64,000 nt of DNA from Paraburkholderia sp. (lineage in GTDB: Bacteria; Pseudomonadota; Gammaproteobacteria; Burkholderiales; Burkholderiaceae): assembly GCF_049581445.1 (NCBI RefSeq), contig NZ_JBAURZ010000343.1, positions 39 through 64,038 on the forward strand, given 5' to 3'. The notes under the pieces were generated by a model. It saw only the letters and a list, made by a program, of their open reading frames with translations. It did no database searches and was not told the origin of the DNA. Of the stretch, positions 15,033-26,220 are shown piece after piece (position 1 is the first letter of the stretch; each line of letters starts with the position of its first letter). A program made the translations under genes and the position numbers.

Positions 15033-15434
15033 ATGACGAAGACAACCCCTGAACAGAACAAGGCGCTCGTGCTGGAAGCCTTCGACACCCTGTTCAACAA
15101 GCGCGACTACGTTGCTGCTGCACGCTTCTGGTCGGACCGCTACATTCAACATAGCGCCCACATTGCGCCGGGACGCGACGGCCTGTTCGACCTGATCCGC
15201 ACGCTGCCTGACACGTTGCGCTATGAGAACCAGCTGATCCTGGCCGAGGGAGATCACGTCATCGCACATGGTCGATTCTCGGGACTCGGCAGGCCTGCAG
15301 CGTGGATTGCAGCCGACGTCGTCCGCTTTGAAGATGGCAAGCTCGCCGAGCACTGGGACGTCCTTCAGGACGAAGCCACCACGGCCGAGTCGGCGAGCGG
15401 CCTGCCGATGTTCGGCGACCGATTTCCTGCCTGA
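15033..15434 (+). CDS. SnoaL-like / NTF2-fold protein
   Basis: The sequence 'NKALVLEAFDTLFNKRDYVAAARFWSDRYIQHS..DGKLAEHWDVLQ' is typical of SnoaL-like polyketide-cyclase-fold proteins. Start set at ATG 15033. Confidence 0.7.
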   Translation: MTKTTPEQNKALVLEAFDTLFNKRDYVAAARFWSDRYIQHSAHIAPGRDGLFDLIRTLPDTLRYENQLILAEGDHVIAHGRFSGLGRPAAWIAADVVRFEDGKLAEHWDVLQDEATTAESASGLPMFGDRFPA

Positions 15435-15542
15435 CCATCTTTCTCCACCCTACACCAAGGAAAAGACCGAGGCGCTCAAGCAGTGGTTCGAATACTGATC
15501 GGATACCGGCGCTTCAACCTCTACAACATAGGATACCTTACG

Positions 15543-16277
15543 ATGAATGATCTTTTGAATCTGGCTATTGAGGCTCATGGAGGTCTTAAGAACTGGAACG
15601 CGTACAGAGCGCTCGAAGCCGAAATGTCGATTACGGGCGGTATATGGCATGTCAAGCAGAAGCCGGATATTTTCAGACACGTTGTCGTTGCAATGGATAC
15701 GCAAGCCCAACGTGTCGAAATGCGGCCGTTCACAGCGCCTGACCGACATTCTTCATTTACTCCAGGTCGCATGGCCATCGGATCGTCGGACGGAAGCGTG
15801 CTTGAGAGCCGTAACGACCCACGCTCCTCCTTCGCCGGACACAGTGTGCAGACACCTTGGGACGATCTTCATGCGGCGTACTTCTGCAGTTATGCGCTGT
15901 GGACGTATTTGAGCACGCCGTTTCTCTATACCTACCCGGGCGTCGTCACAGAGGAGTTGTCGCCGTGGCAAGAAGACGGTGAGCAGTGGCGCCGGTTGAA
16001 GGTGACGTTTCCAGAATCCATCGAGACGCATTCACGCGAGCAGGTTTCATACTTCGGCCCGGACGGCTTGTTGCGGCGCCATGATTACACCGTGGACATC
16101 ATGGGCGGCGCTACCGGCGCGAACTATGCGTCGAACTATCAGGACTTCGACGGCATCATGGTGCCGACGACTCGGCGCGTGTACGCTTATGATGCTGATG
16201 GCCATAAGATTGACGAACCGTTACTGGTTGCCATCGACATAGCCGCTGTTTCTTTTCACCAGGACCCGATGGTGTGA
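15543..16277 (+). CDS. Hypothetical protein (244 aa), probably co-transcribed with the SnoaL-like gene
   Basis: Long ORF with coding-like composition. No motif I recognise. Start set at 'MNDLLNLAIEAHGG'. Confidence 0.55.
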   Translation: MNDLLNLAIEAHGGLKNWNAYRALEAEMSITGGIWHVKQKPDIFRHVVVAMDTQAQRVEMRPFTAPDRHSSFTPGRMAIGSSDGSVLESRNDPRSSFAGHSVQTPWDDLHAAYFCSYALWTYLSTPFLYTYPGVVTEELSPWQEDGEQWRRLKVTFPESIETHSREQVSYFGPDGLLRRHDYTVDIMGGATGANYASNYQDFDGIMVPTTRRVYAYDADGHKIDEPLLVAIDIAAVSFHQDPMV

Positions 16278-16592
16278 GGGAGACGCCACGCAACCATTCC
16301 GACTTTGCTCCCGTTTCTGGTGCAGACGGCGAAGCATCAAGAAGCAACATCGGAACCAACTTTGGCCGTAAGCAGCGCTTTCATCCGCCCGATGCTGTTG
16401 GCACTCTTGGGTTGCGACAACAAGGACCGGGAAGCTGCATCTGACGAAGGAAATGGCGGGTCTTTCACACAGTGTCTATCTGAAAGACGTTCTGGTCGGC
16501 TGAACTGTTTGTCGACGGTGGACGCGCGCAGGTCTGACGCATCGGCACGCCGCTTCCATCCCCTCGCACAAAGACACAATCAGGAAAATACG

Positions 16593-16709
16593 ATGAACGA
16601 GCACGAAAATATTCGCCTCGCGCAGGAGTTCCTCGAAAAGACGGGATCCGGCGCGAGCGACGGCAACGTAGCCGGCTACATGATCATAATTTCGCTGATA
16701 GCGTCTTAA
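16593..16709 (+). pseudogene. N-terminal fragment of an NTF2/SnoaL-like gene
   Basis: 'MNEHENIRLAQEFLEKTGSGAS..' follows an SD-like AGGAA. It then runs into unrelated sequence and stops within 38 codons, at the 3' end of the convergent DUF2252 gene. Confidence 0.3.
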
Positions 16710-18070
16710 TAGAGGGGCGTTCCGGAGTTATAAGCGCCGACAAAGGACTGCCAGTCAAGATTGACCTGGGCCGCATAGTTGAAGGCGAACGTCGAGATTT
16801 CCGACTCTAGTCCGCTCGTGCTTGTGACAGCATTGCTTACCTGCTTGTCGATGCTATACGAGACGATTGCACTGTTGTAGTCCTGGTCGGAGATAGCGTG
16901 GGCCGATGCCAACGCTTGGCCAAGATAGGTGGCAGCCGTATTAAGCTTGCCTGCGCTGGTCAATTGCGTGTAGTCGAAATCTTCCTCATACGGCGACTTC
17001 TCATGGAAGTAGAAGGTCATGCCGTTGATCGTGGCGTAACCAGCCAGCACGTCGGCATTGAGCGTCTGAGCCTTGTTGGTCAGGGCTACGCGGGTGCCGT
17101 CGTCGCTGTTGTCCGCGGACGACAACGTCTGCCCATTGCTGCTCGCTTCGGCCACGGCGCTGGTGGTTTCCTGCTTGATCTCGAGAATCACGTCATCCGA
17201 AGTGGACGTGGACGGCCCTTCGATCAGGATGTAGTAGCGCAGCTTGCCCAGACTACCGACGCCGGAGCCTAGTTTCTGGTGGATATCCTTCACCTGGTAG
17301 TAACTGGCGGCGTACTGCTTGGATGAAGCGATGCTGCTGATGTAGCTGCTCATCGCTGCGGCAATGTTGTTGTACGTCGTGCTGTCTACCGGGATCAACG
17401 TGTTGGCAATGGTCTGGAAGCTGCGCACACCGCTCGTTACCTGTGTGTACTTGCTCAGCAGACTGGAACGACTATCGCCGCTGGAGTCGCTGATCGTCGT
17501 CTGCACAACACCGGACGTATTGCCATTCTTGAGCTGAAAACTGAGTTCGGCGTTGCTACCCATGAAAGTGTTCATCTCGCTGACATAGGCACCCACCATG
17601 GTCTTGATGGCGGTGGTGATGTCGCTATCGGCAATTCCGTTGGCGCGACCCGCGAGGACCATGCTGGTAGCCAGGCGGCGCAGATCCCAAACGTACTGGC
17701 CGAGATAGCCCTCATCGAAGTCATCGACGGAGAACACATTGTTGCCGCTGCTGTCCTGCCAGGCGCCGAAATTGCCGATGTGGGCGTCGCCGCCGATCCA
17801 GGTATAGCCAGTCTGCGTCGTGGTATAGCTCGATGCGGGCAACGTCAGCATGTCCAGGTAGAAAATATGGTCGGTGCCGCGATAGAAATCGAAAGCGTCA
17901 CCCGCCATGGTTGCCATCTTGGTGGCCAGGTCGGTGCTGTCGGTGGCCGCAAAGGGATGGTTGTAATCGTAGATTTGCGTCACTACCCAACTGGTACGCG
18001 AAGTCTGGGCGTGTGCGCCAGAAGCGCACAGCAGGACGGCAGCGGACAAAACGGCCAACGCATTCTTCAT
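16706..18070 (-). CDS. Secreted DUF2252-family protein
   Basis: 454 aa. Signal peptide 'MKNALAVLSAAVLLCASGAHAQ'. DUF2252-like core 'GGDAHIGNFGAW..FSVDDFDEGYLGQYVWDLRRLATS'. Ser/Thr-rich. Confidence 0.7.
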   Translation of the reverse strand: MKNALAVLSAAVLLCASGAHAQTSRTSWVVTQIYDYNHPFAATDSTDLATKMATMAGDAFDFYRGTDHIFYLDMLTLPASSYTTTQTGYTWIGGDAHIGNFGAWQDSSGNNVFSVDDFDEGYLGQYVWDLRRLATSMVLAGRANGIADSDITTAIKTMVGAYVSEMNTFMGSNAELSFQLKNGNTSGVVQTTISDSSGDSRSSLLSKYTQVTSGVRSFQTIANTLIPVDSTTYNNIAAAMSSYISSIASSKQYAASYYQVKDIHQKLGSGVGSLGKLRYYILIEGPSTSTSDDVILEIKQETTSAVAEASSNGQTLSSADNSDDGTRVALTNKAQTLNADVLAGYATINGMTFYFHEKSPYEEDFDYTQLTSAGKLNTAATYLGQALASAHAISDQDYNSAIVSYSIDKQVSNAVTSTSGLESEISTFAFNYAAQVNLDWQSFVGAYNSGTPLY

Positions 18071-18299
18071 TGCTTTTCCCCTGAATTAAATAAAAAATGG
18101 AGCGGCTTGGTCGCCCCTTATTGGTGTCAGGATTCAAACAACGTTGGATGACAACCACGTGACTGAGCCGCCATTCGAATTGCGCCGATCGGCGATTCCA
18201 GCCTGCATAGCCTCGACTGACAATTGCTTTAGTATTCTTGAGTATCGGCACGCACGAAAGCGCCGCTCATGTTCAAATGCAGCTTTCATGGAGGCACGC

Positions 18300-20204
18300 A
18301 TGGTCGCGAATCGTCAACAAACGGATAAGAGTAGCGGTGGTGTCGTCAAACAGTATGCAGTGCGAGACTTCTTCCGCAGGCCGGACAAGCATTCGTTCAC
18401 AATCGCTCCGGATGGTCGGCACCTTTCGTTTCTCGCGCGGCACTCTGGCCGCGAGAACGTTTTCGTGCAGGGGATCGACGCCGATGGCGCTCCCGTAGGC
18501 GAGCCGCGCCCCTTGACCAACGAGACAGAACGCGACGTGCCCGGCCACGCCTGGAAGGGCAACGATCAGATTCTGTTCGTCAAGGATTTTGGAGGCGATG
18601 AGAACTTCCACGTGCTTTCGGTTCCGATCGATGGTAGCGAGCCGCGCGATCTGACGCCGTACGACGGCGTCAAGGCCAGCATTGTCGACGACCTCAGGGA
18701 CGACGACCGCCACGTGTTGATCCAGATGAATCGTCGCGACCCGCAAGTCTTCGACGTGTTCCGCGTTGACGTCCTAACCGGCGAACTGGCGCCGATCGCC
18801 GAGAATCCAGGCAATGTCATGGAATGGATGACGGATCACGAAGGGCGGCTGCGTGTCGCGGTTGCGTCGGATGGCGTCAACCGCACGCTGCTCTACCGGG
18901 ACGCCGAGACCGACCCTTTCCGGGCGGTTCTGACAACGGACTTCCGTGAGACGGTCTCGCCGTTGTTCTTTACCTTCGATGACAAACGGCTGTACGTTTT
19001 GTCGAATCGAGGTCGAGACAAAACCGCAATCTTCGAATTCGATCCCGCGACGGGCGAGGAGGGCGCGTTACTGTTCGAGACCGCGCATGTCGACGTGAGC
19101 GGACTCGCGTATTCGAAACATCGACGTGTGCTGACGCTTGCGTCATACGTTGACGATCGGCTTCATCGCCATTACTTCGACAGTCGTGCTCAGGGCATCA
19201 GGGCCGATCTTGAGCGCCAGTTTGCGGATCAGGAGGTGACCCTTACGAGCTTTACACGCGATGAGTCGCGTGCGATCGTGCGTGCCGAGAGCGATCGGTC
19301 GGCCGGCTCGGTCTGGATTTACGACATCGAGCGCCGACAACTTGCGAGGCTCGCGGACATGATGCCCTGGCTCGATCCGGCTGATCTGGTGCCGATGTTG
19401 CCGGTTCGCTTCACGGCACGCGACGGTTTGCAAATCAACGGATATCTGACGTTGCCTGCGGGCTTCGATCTCAAGCAAAAATTCGCCGAACCGTTGCCGT
19501 TGATCGTCAATCCGCACGGTGGTCCTTGGGCGAGAGACATGTGGGGCTTCAATGCCGAAGCGCAACTGCTTGCAAACCGCGGGTATGCGGTACTGCAACT
19601 CAATTTCCGTGGCTCGACGGGATACGGAAGGGCTTTCTGGGAAGCCAGTTTCGGGCAATGGGGCCGCGCGATGCAGAATGATATCGACGACGGTATCGAC
19701 TGGCTCGTGTCGCAAGGGGTCGTCGACCCCGCGCGCGTCGGAATCTACGGGGCAAGTTATGGAGGCTACGCGACCCTGGCGGGCGTCGCATTCACGCCGG
19801 ACCGATATGCGGCTGCGGTTGACTATGTCGGCGTATCGAACCTCTTTACTTTGCTCGAATCCATGCCTCCGTACTGGAAGCCGTTGCTCGACATGATGTA
19901 CGAGATGATCGGCAATCCGCAGACCGAGGAAGGCAAGCAGACACTGCACGATGCGTCGCCGCTGTTCTTCGTGGACCGGATCGTGACACCGCTCTTCGTT
20001 GCGCAAGGCGCCAACGATCCGAGAGTCAAACAGGCCGAGAGCGATCAGATCGTCGACGCTTTGCGGGCGCGCGGTGTCGATGTCAAATACATGCTCAAGG
20101 AGAATGAAGGACACGGGTTTCAAAACGAAGAGAACCAGTTCGAGTTCTATGAAGCGATGGACGCGTTCCTTGCCGAGCATCTCGGCGGTGCTTTGCGGAA
20201 GTGA
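18300..20204 (+). CDS. S9-family serine peptidase (prolyl oligopeptidase / dipeptidyl aminopeptidase type)
   Basis: N-terminal beta-propeller region plus a C-terminal alpha/beta hydrolase. Nucleophile 'YGASYGGY', Asp 'GANDPRV', His 'EGHGF'. Start set at ATG 18300 (GGAGG 5 nt upstream). Confidence 0.85.
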   Translation: MVANRQQTDKSSGGVVKQYAVRDFFRRPDKHSFTIAPDGRHLSFLARHSGRENVFVQGIDADGAPVGEPRPLTNETERDVPGHAWKGNDQILFVKDFGGDENFHVLSVPIDGSEPRDLTPYDGVKASIVDDLRDDDRHVLIQMNRRDPQVFDVFRVDVLTGELAPIAENPGNVMEWMTDHEGRLRVAVASDGVNRTLLYRDAETDPFRAVLTTDFRETVSPLFFTFDDKRLYVLSNRGRDKTAIFEFDPATGEEGALLFETAHVDVSGLAYSKHRRVLTLASYVDDRLHRHYFDSRAQGIRADLERQFADQEVTLTSFTRDESRAIVRAESDRSAGSVWIYDIERRQLARLADMMPWLDPADLVPMLPVRFTARDGLQINGYLTLPAGFDLKQKFAEPLPLIVNPHGGPWARDMWGFNAEAQLLANRGYAVLQLNFRGSTGYGRAFWEASFGQWGRAMQNDIDDGIDWLVSQGVVDPARVGIYGASYGGYATLAGVAFTPDRYAAAVDYVGVSNLFTLLESMPPYWKPLLDMMYEMIGNPQTEEGKQTLHDASPLFFVDRIVTPLFVAQGANDPRVKQAESDQIVDALRARGVDVKYMLKENEGHGFQNEENQFEFYEAMDAFLAEHLGGALRK

Positions 20205-20343
20205 CGGCATCGGCATGGGACTTCGCATCAGCCGCTCGATCGTGGAGTCGCATGGCGGGCGCTTGTGGGTCACCGATCTCCCCGCCGGGCAGGGCGGCGC
20301 AACGTTTCACTTCACGTTGCCCGCGACGGTTTCGGGTTGTTGA
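20203..20343 (+). pseudogene. C-terminal remnant of a sensor histidine kinase (HATPase_c G2 box to stop)
   Basis: Translation: '[40 protein letters not shown]'. Only about 46 codons remain. They are fused to the S9 peptidase stop codon and overlapped by the convergent OMF 3' end. Confidence 0.6.
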
Positions 20344-21767
20344 TAATCCGAAGCCAGGTCATCCTTGGTCCAGCCGCCGCCGAGCGCGCGGATGAGGTCT
20401 ACATTCGCGTCTAGCTGCTGAGTTCGAAGTTCGATCACGCTGCGTTCCGATTCAAGCGCGGCGGATTGTGATTCGACCACGTCCAGATAGCTGACTGCAC
20501 CGCGCCGATAGAGCGCGAGCGACAGGTTGACGGAGGTGTCAGCTGCGGTTGCGGCCGCTTGCTGCTGATCCGTTGCGGTGCCCAGATCGGTGAGCAACGA
20601 GAGGTCGTCTTCCACCTGCCTGAATGACGCCAACACCACGCTACGATAGTGGGCTCCCGCCTCGGACATTGCCGCCTTCGCGGACTCCACCTGTGCCGCC
20701 CGTCTACCGCCGTCAAAGAGGTACACCGCAAGCGTTGGCCCGAGCGTCCAGAAGGAACTCGGGGCGCTGAGCAGATCTCCCAACACCGAGCTTTGTACGC
20801 CACCCGCCGCACTCAGCGTCAGTGTCGGGAAGTATGCGGAACGTGCGACACCAATCCGTTTGTTCGCTTCGGCTACGCGCCGCTCGGCTGCGGCAACGTC
20901 CGGCCGTCTTTGCAGCAGCACCGATGGCACGCCAACCGGGATAGCGGGCAATGGGATGGGCTGGGTACTCGGCTCAATTTTGAAGTCCGACGGCGACGAT
21001 GCAACCAGCACAGCAATCGCGTGTTCCAGTACGGCCCGCCTGGCCTGAACCTGCGTAAGCTCGGATTCGGCCGCCGACAACTGGTTGGTTGCACGCGCCA
21101 CATCTAACCCTGACACAATTCCACCGCCATGCCGCCTGCGGGTCAGGTCGAGTGCCTTCTGATAGTCCTCGTCGGTACCCTCGATGAGCTTGATCTGCTG
21201 ATCAAGGCCGCGCAGATCGATGTAGCTTCGTGCCAGCTGGATTTCGAGGCTCAACTGCGTCGACGCCAAGTCCGCCTGTGAAGCCAGCCCCTCGTACTTG
21301 CTTGCAGCAACGGAATCGCGTACGCGTCCCCAGAGGTCGACTTCGTAGTCGACTTCGACGCCTAACGTGGCTGAGGTGTAGTCGCTTGGCGCACCGGCGG
21401 GGCGCAACGGCCGCGTGTCTGACTCACGGTCACGCTGGATATTGCCTGCCGCGGATACCTGCGGATACAGTTGCGAGCTGACCTGCTTGATATATGCCTC
21501 GGCTTGCACATAGTGGAAATACGCGGCGCTCAGGTCGGGGTTATTCGCTATCAGGCGTTGCTCGAGGTCATCGAGTCCGGGCTCCTGATAGAGTTTCCAC
21601 CATCCCGTGCGGTCAAGCTGATCAGCCGGGCTGGCCGTGATCCACGGTCCCTGAGACTGATACTGTGCCGCGACAGGTACGTCCGGAACCTCGTAGTGCG
21701 GCGCGAGTGAGCACCCGGTAAGCGCCATAACACTCACGAGTGAGGGCAATGTCCGATACTTAGCCAT
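20307..21767 (-). CDS. RND efflux outer-membrane factor lipoprotein (NodT family), system 2
   Basis: 486 aa. Lipobox 'LTGC'. C-terminal 'LIRALGGGW'. Confidence 0.9.
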   Translation of the reverse strand: MAKYRTLPSLVSVMALTGCSLAPHYEVPDVPVAAQYQSQGPWITASPADQLDRTGWWKLYQEPGLDDLEQRLIANNPDLSAAYFHYVQAEAYIKQVSSQLYPQVSAAGNIQRDRESDTRPLRPAGAPSDYTSATLGVEVDYEVDLWGRVRDSVAASKYEGLASQADLASTQLSLEIQLARSYIDLRGLDQQIKLIEGTDEDYQKALDLTRRRHGGGIVSGLDVARATNQLSAAESELTQVQARRAVLEHAIAVLVASSPSDFKIEPSTQPIPLPAIPVGVPSVLLQRRPDVAAAERRVAEANKRIGVARSAYFPTLTLSAAGGVQSSVLGDLLSAPSSFWTLGPTLAVYLFDGGRRAAQVESAKAAMSEAGAHYRSVVLASFRQVEDDLSLLTDLGTATDQQQAAATAADTSVNLSLALYRRGAVSYLDVVESQSAALESERSVIELRTQQLDANVDLIRALGGGWTKDDLASDYQQPETVAGNVK

Positions 21768-22938
21768 GATGTGCGGCCTTGGCCCCCGGGCTGATCACTT
21801 CAACATGGTCACCTTCGACCAGTCCATCGGGCGGCGTGTCGATCACACGGTCACTGTCGGCTAGTCCCGAGCCGATATCTACCGCGCTGCCCAGGTCCTG
21901 CATGATCGCAACGGACTTGAAGTGGACCGCGCTGTTGCTATCGACGGTCGCAAGTCGTAGCCCCTTGTTGTCGAAGATCAGCGCGCTGGCCGGCACGCGC
22001 AATGCGCCGTCGCGTGCCGGCAGCGTGAAGTGGAGATTCACGAAGCCGCCGGGGAGCAGCAGGTGACCGGAGTTGTCGACCATCAACTGGACGAGCGTCG
22101 TTCCTGATGCTGCGTTCACGGAGTCAGCCAGACCAATAACCGTGGCCGTAAAGCTCTTGCCGGCATACTCCGGGACGGTGAAGGTGGCGGTCCCGCCAGG
22201 TTTGATAATCGGTGCGTCTTCCTGCGGCACATGCACGTACAGACGCAGCTTGTCCACGCTCGCTACCGAGAAGAGCTGCGGCCCGGTGCCGCCGCCGGCA
22301 TGGATCAATGCGCCGACGTCGGTGTCGCGTGCGGTGATCATGCCGTCGAACGGCGCGACGATCCTGGCGAATACCTTGGTCGCGACGAGCCTGTCGAGGT
22401 TCGCTTGGGCCGCCACCACGCGGGCCTGCTTCGCCACATAGTCCTGTGTACGGTCATCGACTTCCTGACGCGACACGGAATCGGAGTCCAGCAGTCCCTG
22501 CCAGCGATCCGCGGTCGTCTTGGCCAGAGAGGCATCGGCTTTCGCGCTTGCCAGGTCGGCCTTGGCCTGATTCAACTGCTGGTCGAGTTCTGGCGTATCG
22601 ATCACGGCCAATTCTTCGCCTGCCTTCACCTGACTGCCGATATCGACACGCCACGATTTCAGGTAGCCGTCGACCCGCGCATAGATCGGCGCGCTCTCGA
22701 AGGCCTCCAGCCGACCAGGCAGGTCCAGCGCACCGCCAGGTGCCTCTTTGGCTGGCACAACCACATTCACCGACGGTACGGCCTGCGTTTCAGTCCAGTC
22801 TTTGAGCTGATGCGCATCTTTGACGCGCAGTGTGATGCCGACCACAACAATGATGATGGCGAGCACACCACCGACAATTCCTGCAAACGAAAGCTGGCGT
22901 TGCGGCACCGCCTCACGTGGTGTGGGTTCAAACGACAT
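21760..22938 (-). CDS. RND efflux periplasmic adaptor (MFP) subunit, system 2
   Basis: 392 aa. TM anchor. 'RVDGYLKSWRVDIGSQVKAGEELAVIDTPELDQQL'. It overlaps both neighbouring genes. Confidence 0.9.
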   Translation of the reverse strand: MSFEPTPREAVPQRQLSFAGIVGGVLAIIIVVVGITLRVKDAHQLKDWTETQAVPSVNVVVPAKEAPGGALDLPGRLEAFESAPIYARVDGYLKSWRVDIGSQVKAGEELAVIDTPELDQQLNQAKADLASAKADASLAKTTADRWQGLLDSDSVSRQEVDDRTQDYVAKQARVVAAQANLDRLVATKVFARIVAPFDGMITARDTDVGALIHAGGGTGPQLFSVASVDKLRLYVHVPQEDAPIIKPGGTATFTVPEYAGKSFTATVIGLADSVNAASGTTLVQLMVDNSGHLLLPGGFVNLHFTLPARDGALRVPASALIFDNKGLRLATVDSNSAVHFKSVAIMQDLGSAVDIGSGLADSDRVIDTPPDGLVEGDHVEVISPGAKAAHHG

Positions 22939-25900
22939 GATTCGAATCTCCGGAAATCGCGGCGGTCGCAGGGGGACCCCGGTGCGAATGGAATATGCAA
23001 AAGACGGCCGGCACGAGGAACAGCGTGGCGGTCGTGGCGAACATCAGGCCGCCAATCACCGCACGGCCTAGTGGCGCGTTCTGTTCGCCGCCTTCGCCGA
23101 GTGCGAGTGCCATCGGCGACATGCCGATAATCATCGAGAGAGCCGTCATCAGAACGGGGCGGAAACGGCTCGAACCGGCTTCCAGTGCTGCCTTGAACGC
23201 GTCGCCGTGTTCGGCCAGACGTTCGCGGCAAAAGCTCACCACGAGAATGGAATTGGCTGTTGCAACGCCCATGCACATGATGGCGCCGGTCAACGCGGGA
23301 ACCGACAGCGTGGTGTGTGTCGCGAACAGCATCCACACGATGCCGGCCAGCGCGCCAGGCAAAGCAGAGACGATCACCAGCGGATCAGTCCACGACTGGA
23401 AGTTGATGACGATCAGCAGATAAATCAGCACCACTGCGCCGAGCAGGCCAAAGAGCAGACCGCTGAAGGCGTTGTTCATGGTCTGCACCTGGCCGCGCAG
23501 GACAACCCTCGCGCCCTTCGGCAAACTGTGGGCGTTCACGGCCACGATCTGACGGATGTCAGCGGAAACGCCACCCAGATCGCGCCCCTGGGTCGTGGCG
23601 AAGATCTCGACCATCGGTTGAACGTCGTAGTCGCTGACGACTTCGTTGCTGACGGTGCGATGGATACTGGCCACGCCCGAGAGGATCTGTCCGCTGTTTT
23701 CCGTGGTGCCCCCGCTCAGGGGCAGATTCTTCAGGGCCGGCAGCGTATCGAGACCGTATTGCGGCGTCTGCACCACAATTGGATATTCAACGCCATTGGC
23801 CGGATTGAGCCAGTAGGTCGGGGCGATCTGACCGGATCCCGCCAGGTGTACGACCAGGCTATTGGTGACATCGCGTTCGGTGATTCCCTGAAGCTCCGCA
23901 TGGATACGGTCGACGTCGACATTGAATTGCGGACTCTCTTGCGATTGCTCGATGCGGGCGTCGACCACGCCGGGAACATGCCGGATCTGACGCAACATCA
24001 GGTTGGCGTAGGCAAAGTCGGCCGGCAAACTCCTGCCACGAATCTGCAGGTCAATCGGTGCAGGCGAGCCGAAGTTCAGGATCTGTCCCACGATGTCCGC
24101 AGGCGGGAACGAGAACGTGACGCCGGGAAACTCGCGCGGCAACTGCTCGCGTAACTTGCGAACGTAATCCGCTGTGGGGTGATGGTTTTCGTTCAGCGAG
24201 ATCTGGATATCGCCGTCTTGCGGACCAATCGTTCCGGTGTTGTTGTAGGCGGTATTGATGGAGCTGGTCGAAAGTCCCATGTTGTCGACCACGGTCCCCA
24301 ACTCGGATCGCGGAATCGTCGCCCGCACGCCGCCTTCCACGTCCGCGAAGACTTCAGCCGTTCTCTCGATACGCGTACCGATCGGCGCACGGACGTGCAG
24401 CAGAATCTGGCCGGCGTCGACATCGGGGAAGAAGTTGCGCCCGAGAAACGGCACTAGTGCGAACGACAGGACGACGAATCCGAAGAACCCGATGACAAAA
24501 ACTCGCCGATGATTCAACAGTAGCTCGAGTATCCCGCTGTAGTTCGAGCGGATGCGCTCGAAACCGCGCTCGAAGCTGCGTTGAAACCGCACCAGTGGGT
24601 TCGTAGAAACGGGACGTGCGTGCTCGTGTTCCTGTCCCTGGTCCCCGTGCTGTTCCTGAGCGTGGGGCTTCAGCAGGTACTTGGCCATCGTGGGCACGAG
24701 GGTCCGTGACAGGATGAACGATGAGATCATCGCGAAGATCACCGCTTCGGCCATCGGCACGAACAGGAATCCCGCCACGCCGCCCAGGAAGAACATCGGC
24801 ACAAACACGATACAGATACAAAGCAGCGAGACAAATGCCGGTGTGACGATCTGTGCGGCACCGTCGAGAATGGCGGGTTCGACTTCCTTGCCTTGCTCCA
24901 GGTGCCAGTTGATGTTCTCTATGGTCACTGTCGCGTCGTCGACGAGAATCCCCACCGCCAGCGCGAGCCCCCCGAGGGTCATGATGTTCAGCGTCTCTCC
25001 CAGGGCAGAGAGGATTGAAATCGACCCCAGAATCGCGAGCGGAATGGACGTCGCGATGATGACGGTTGAGCGCCAACTGCCAAGAAACAGCAGGATCATC
25101 ACGCTCGTCAGCAGCGCGGCGATTACACCCTCACGGGCGACGCCTGAAATGGCTGAGCGAACGAACAAAGACTGGTCACCAATCGGATCGATCCGAAGGT
25201 TATCTGGCAGCGAGGCTTTGGCGTCGATCGCCTTCTGCCTGATCCCGGCGATGATGGACAGGGTCGATGCCGAACCATTCTTGAACACGGTGAGCAGCAC
25301 CGAACGCTTGCCCTCCACGTGAACAATGTTCGGTTGCGGCGGAGCACCGTCGATCACATCGGCGACATCGCGCAGATAGACGGTGGTGCCGTTGGCTGAT
25401 TTGACGGGCATATTGGCAATCGCGGCGATCGTCGACGGTGCGTCATTCAGTTGCACCGTGTACTCATAGTTGCCGATCTTTTCGGTACCAACAGGCGTGA
25501 TCAGATTCTGTGACGCTAACGCGTTCTCGACGTCCTCGGCAGACAGTCCGCGAGACTCGAGTGCAGACGGTTTAACGTTGAGCTGAACCTGGCGGGTTTT
25601 GCCACCGAATGGGAAAGGGATCGCGGCCCCGGCTACCGACGTCAACATTGGGCGTAGCAGATTCAGGCCCAGATCGGCCAGATTCTGCTCGGAGAGGCCC
25701 TTTCCAGAAAGCGCGAGCTGGATGACAGGCACCGTCGAGGCGTTGTAATTGAGAATAAATGGCGGCGTCTCGCCCGGTGGCAGCTGTTTCAGGATTTCCT
25801 GTGAAATCGCTGTGACCTGCGCATTCGCCGTGCCGATATTGGTGCCCGGCTGGAAGAAGATCTTGACGACGCCATAGCCGTTAAGCGAGGTGCCTTCGAT

Positions 25901-26143
25901 GTGTTCGACGCTGTTGACCGTGGTGGTCAACACGCGCTGGAACGGCGCCATGATGCGCCCTTCCATCTGGTCGGGTGAAAGACCCGTGTATTGCCACACC
26001 ACGCTAACAACGGGGATATCGATACTTGGAAAGATATCCGTAGGGGTACGAAGCGCGGACAGCGGTCCGACGATAAGAATAAAGATGGCCAGTACGACGA
26101 AGGTATAAGGACTCTTTAGCGCAATGCGCACGATCGCAATCAT
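22928..26143 (-). CDS. RND efflux transporter permease subunit, system 2 (paralog of 5307..8501)
   Basis: 1071 aa and colinear with system 1 (roughly 60% identical by eye). Motif 'GGLALAVGILVDDATVTIE'. Confidence 0.9.
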   Translation of the reverse strand: MIAIVRIALKSPYTFVVLAIFILIVGPLSALRTPTDIFPSIDIPVVSVVWQYTGLSPDQMEGRIMAPFQRVLTTTVNSVEHIEGTSLNGYGVVKIFFQPGTNIGTANAQVTAISQEILKQLPPGETPPFILNYNASTVPVIQLALSGKGLSEQNLADLGLNLLRPMLTSVAGAAIPFPFGGKTRQVQLNVKPSALESRGLSAEDVENALASQNLITPVGTEKIGNYEYTVQLNDAPSTIAAIANMPVKSANGTTVYLRDVADVIDGAPPQPNIVHVEGKRSVLLTVFKNGSASTLSIIAGIRQKAIDAKASLPDNLRIDPIGDQSLFVRSAISGVAREGVIAALLTSVMILLFLGSWRSTVIIATSIPLAILGSISILSALGETLNIMTLGGLALAVGILVDDATVTIENINWHLEQGKEVEPAILDGAAQIVTPAFVSLLCICIVFVPMFFLGGVAGFLFVPMAEAVIFAMISSFILSRTLVPTMAKYLLKPHAQEQHGDQGQEHEHARPVSTNPLVRFQRSFERGFERIRSNYSGILELLLNHRRVFVIGFFGFVVLSFALVPFLGRNFFPDVDAGQILLHVRAPIGTRIERTAEVFADVEGGVRATIPRSELGTVVDNMGLSTSSINTAYNNTGTIGPQDGDIQISLNENHHPTADYVRKLREQLPREFPGVTFSFPPADIVGQILNFGSPAPIDLQIRGRSLPADFAYANLMLRQIRHVPGVVDARIEQSQESPQFNVDVDRIHAELQGITERDVTNSLVVHLAGSGQIAPTYWLNPANGVEYPIVVQTPQYGLDTLPALKNLPLSGGTTENSGQILSGVASIHRTVSNEVVSDYDVQPMVEIFATTQGRDLGGVSADIRQIVAVNAHSLPKGARVVLRGQVQTMNNAFSGLLFGLLGAVVLIYLLIVINFQSWTDPLVIVSALPGALAGIVWMLFATHTTLSVPALTGAIMCMGVATANSILVVSFCRERLAEHGDAFKAALEAGSSRFRPVLMTALSMIIGMSPMALALGEGGEQNAPLGRAVIGGLMFATTATLFLVPAVFCIFHSHRGPPATAAISGDSNHVV

Positions 26144-26220
26144 AAAAACCCCATTGCTTCAAAGCCGGCGGAAACCCAACTCACAAGTCCCTACGGCTAC
26201 CAGATTCGCTATGGCTTACC

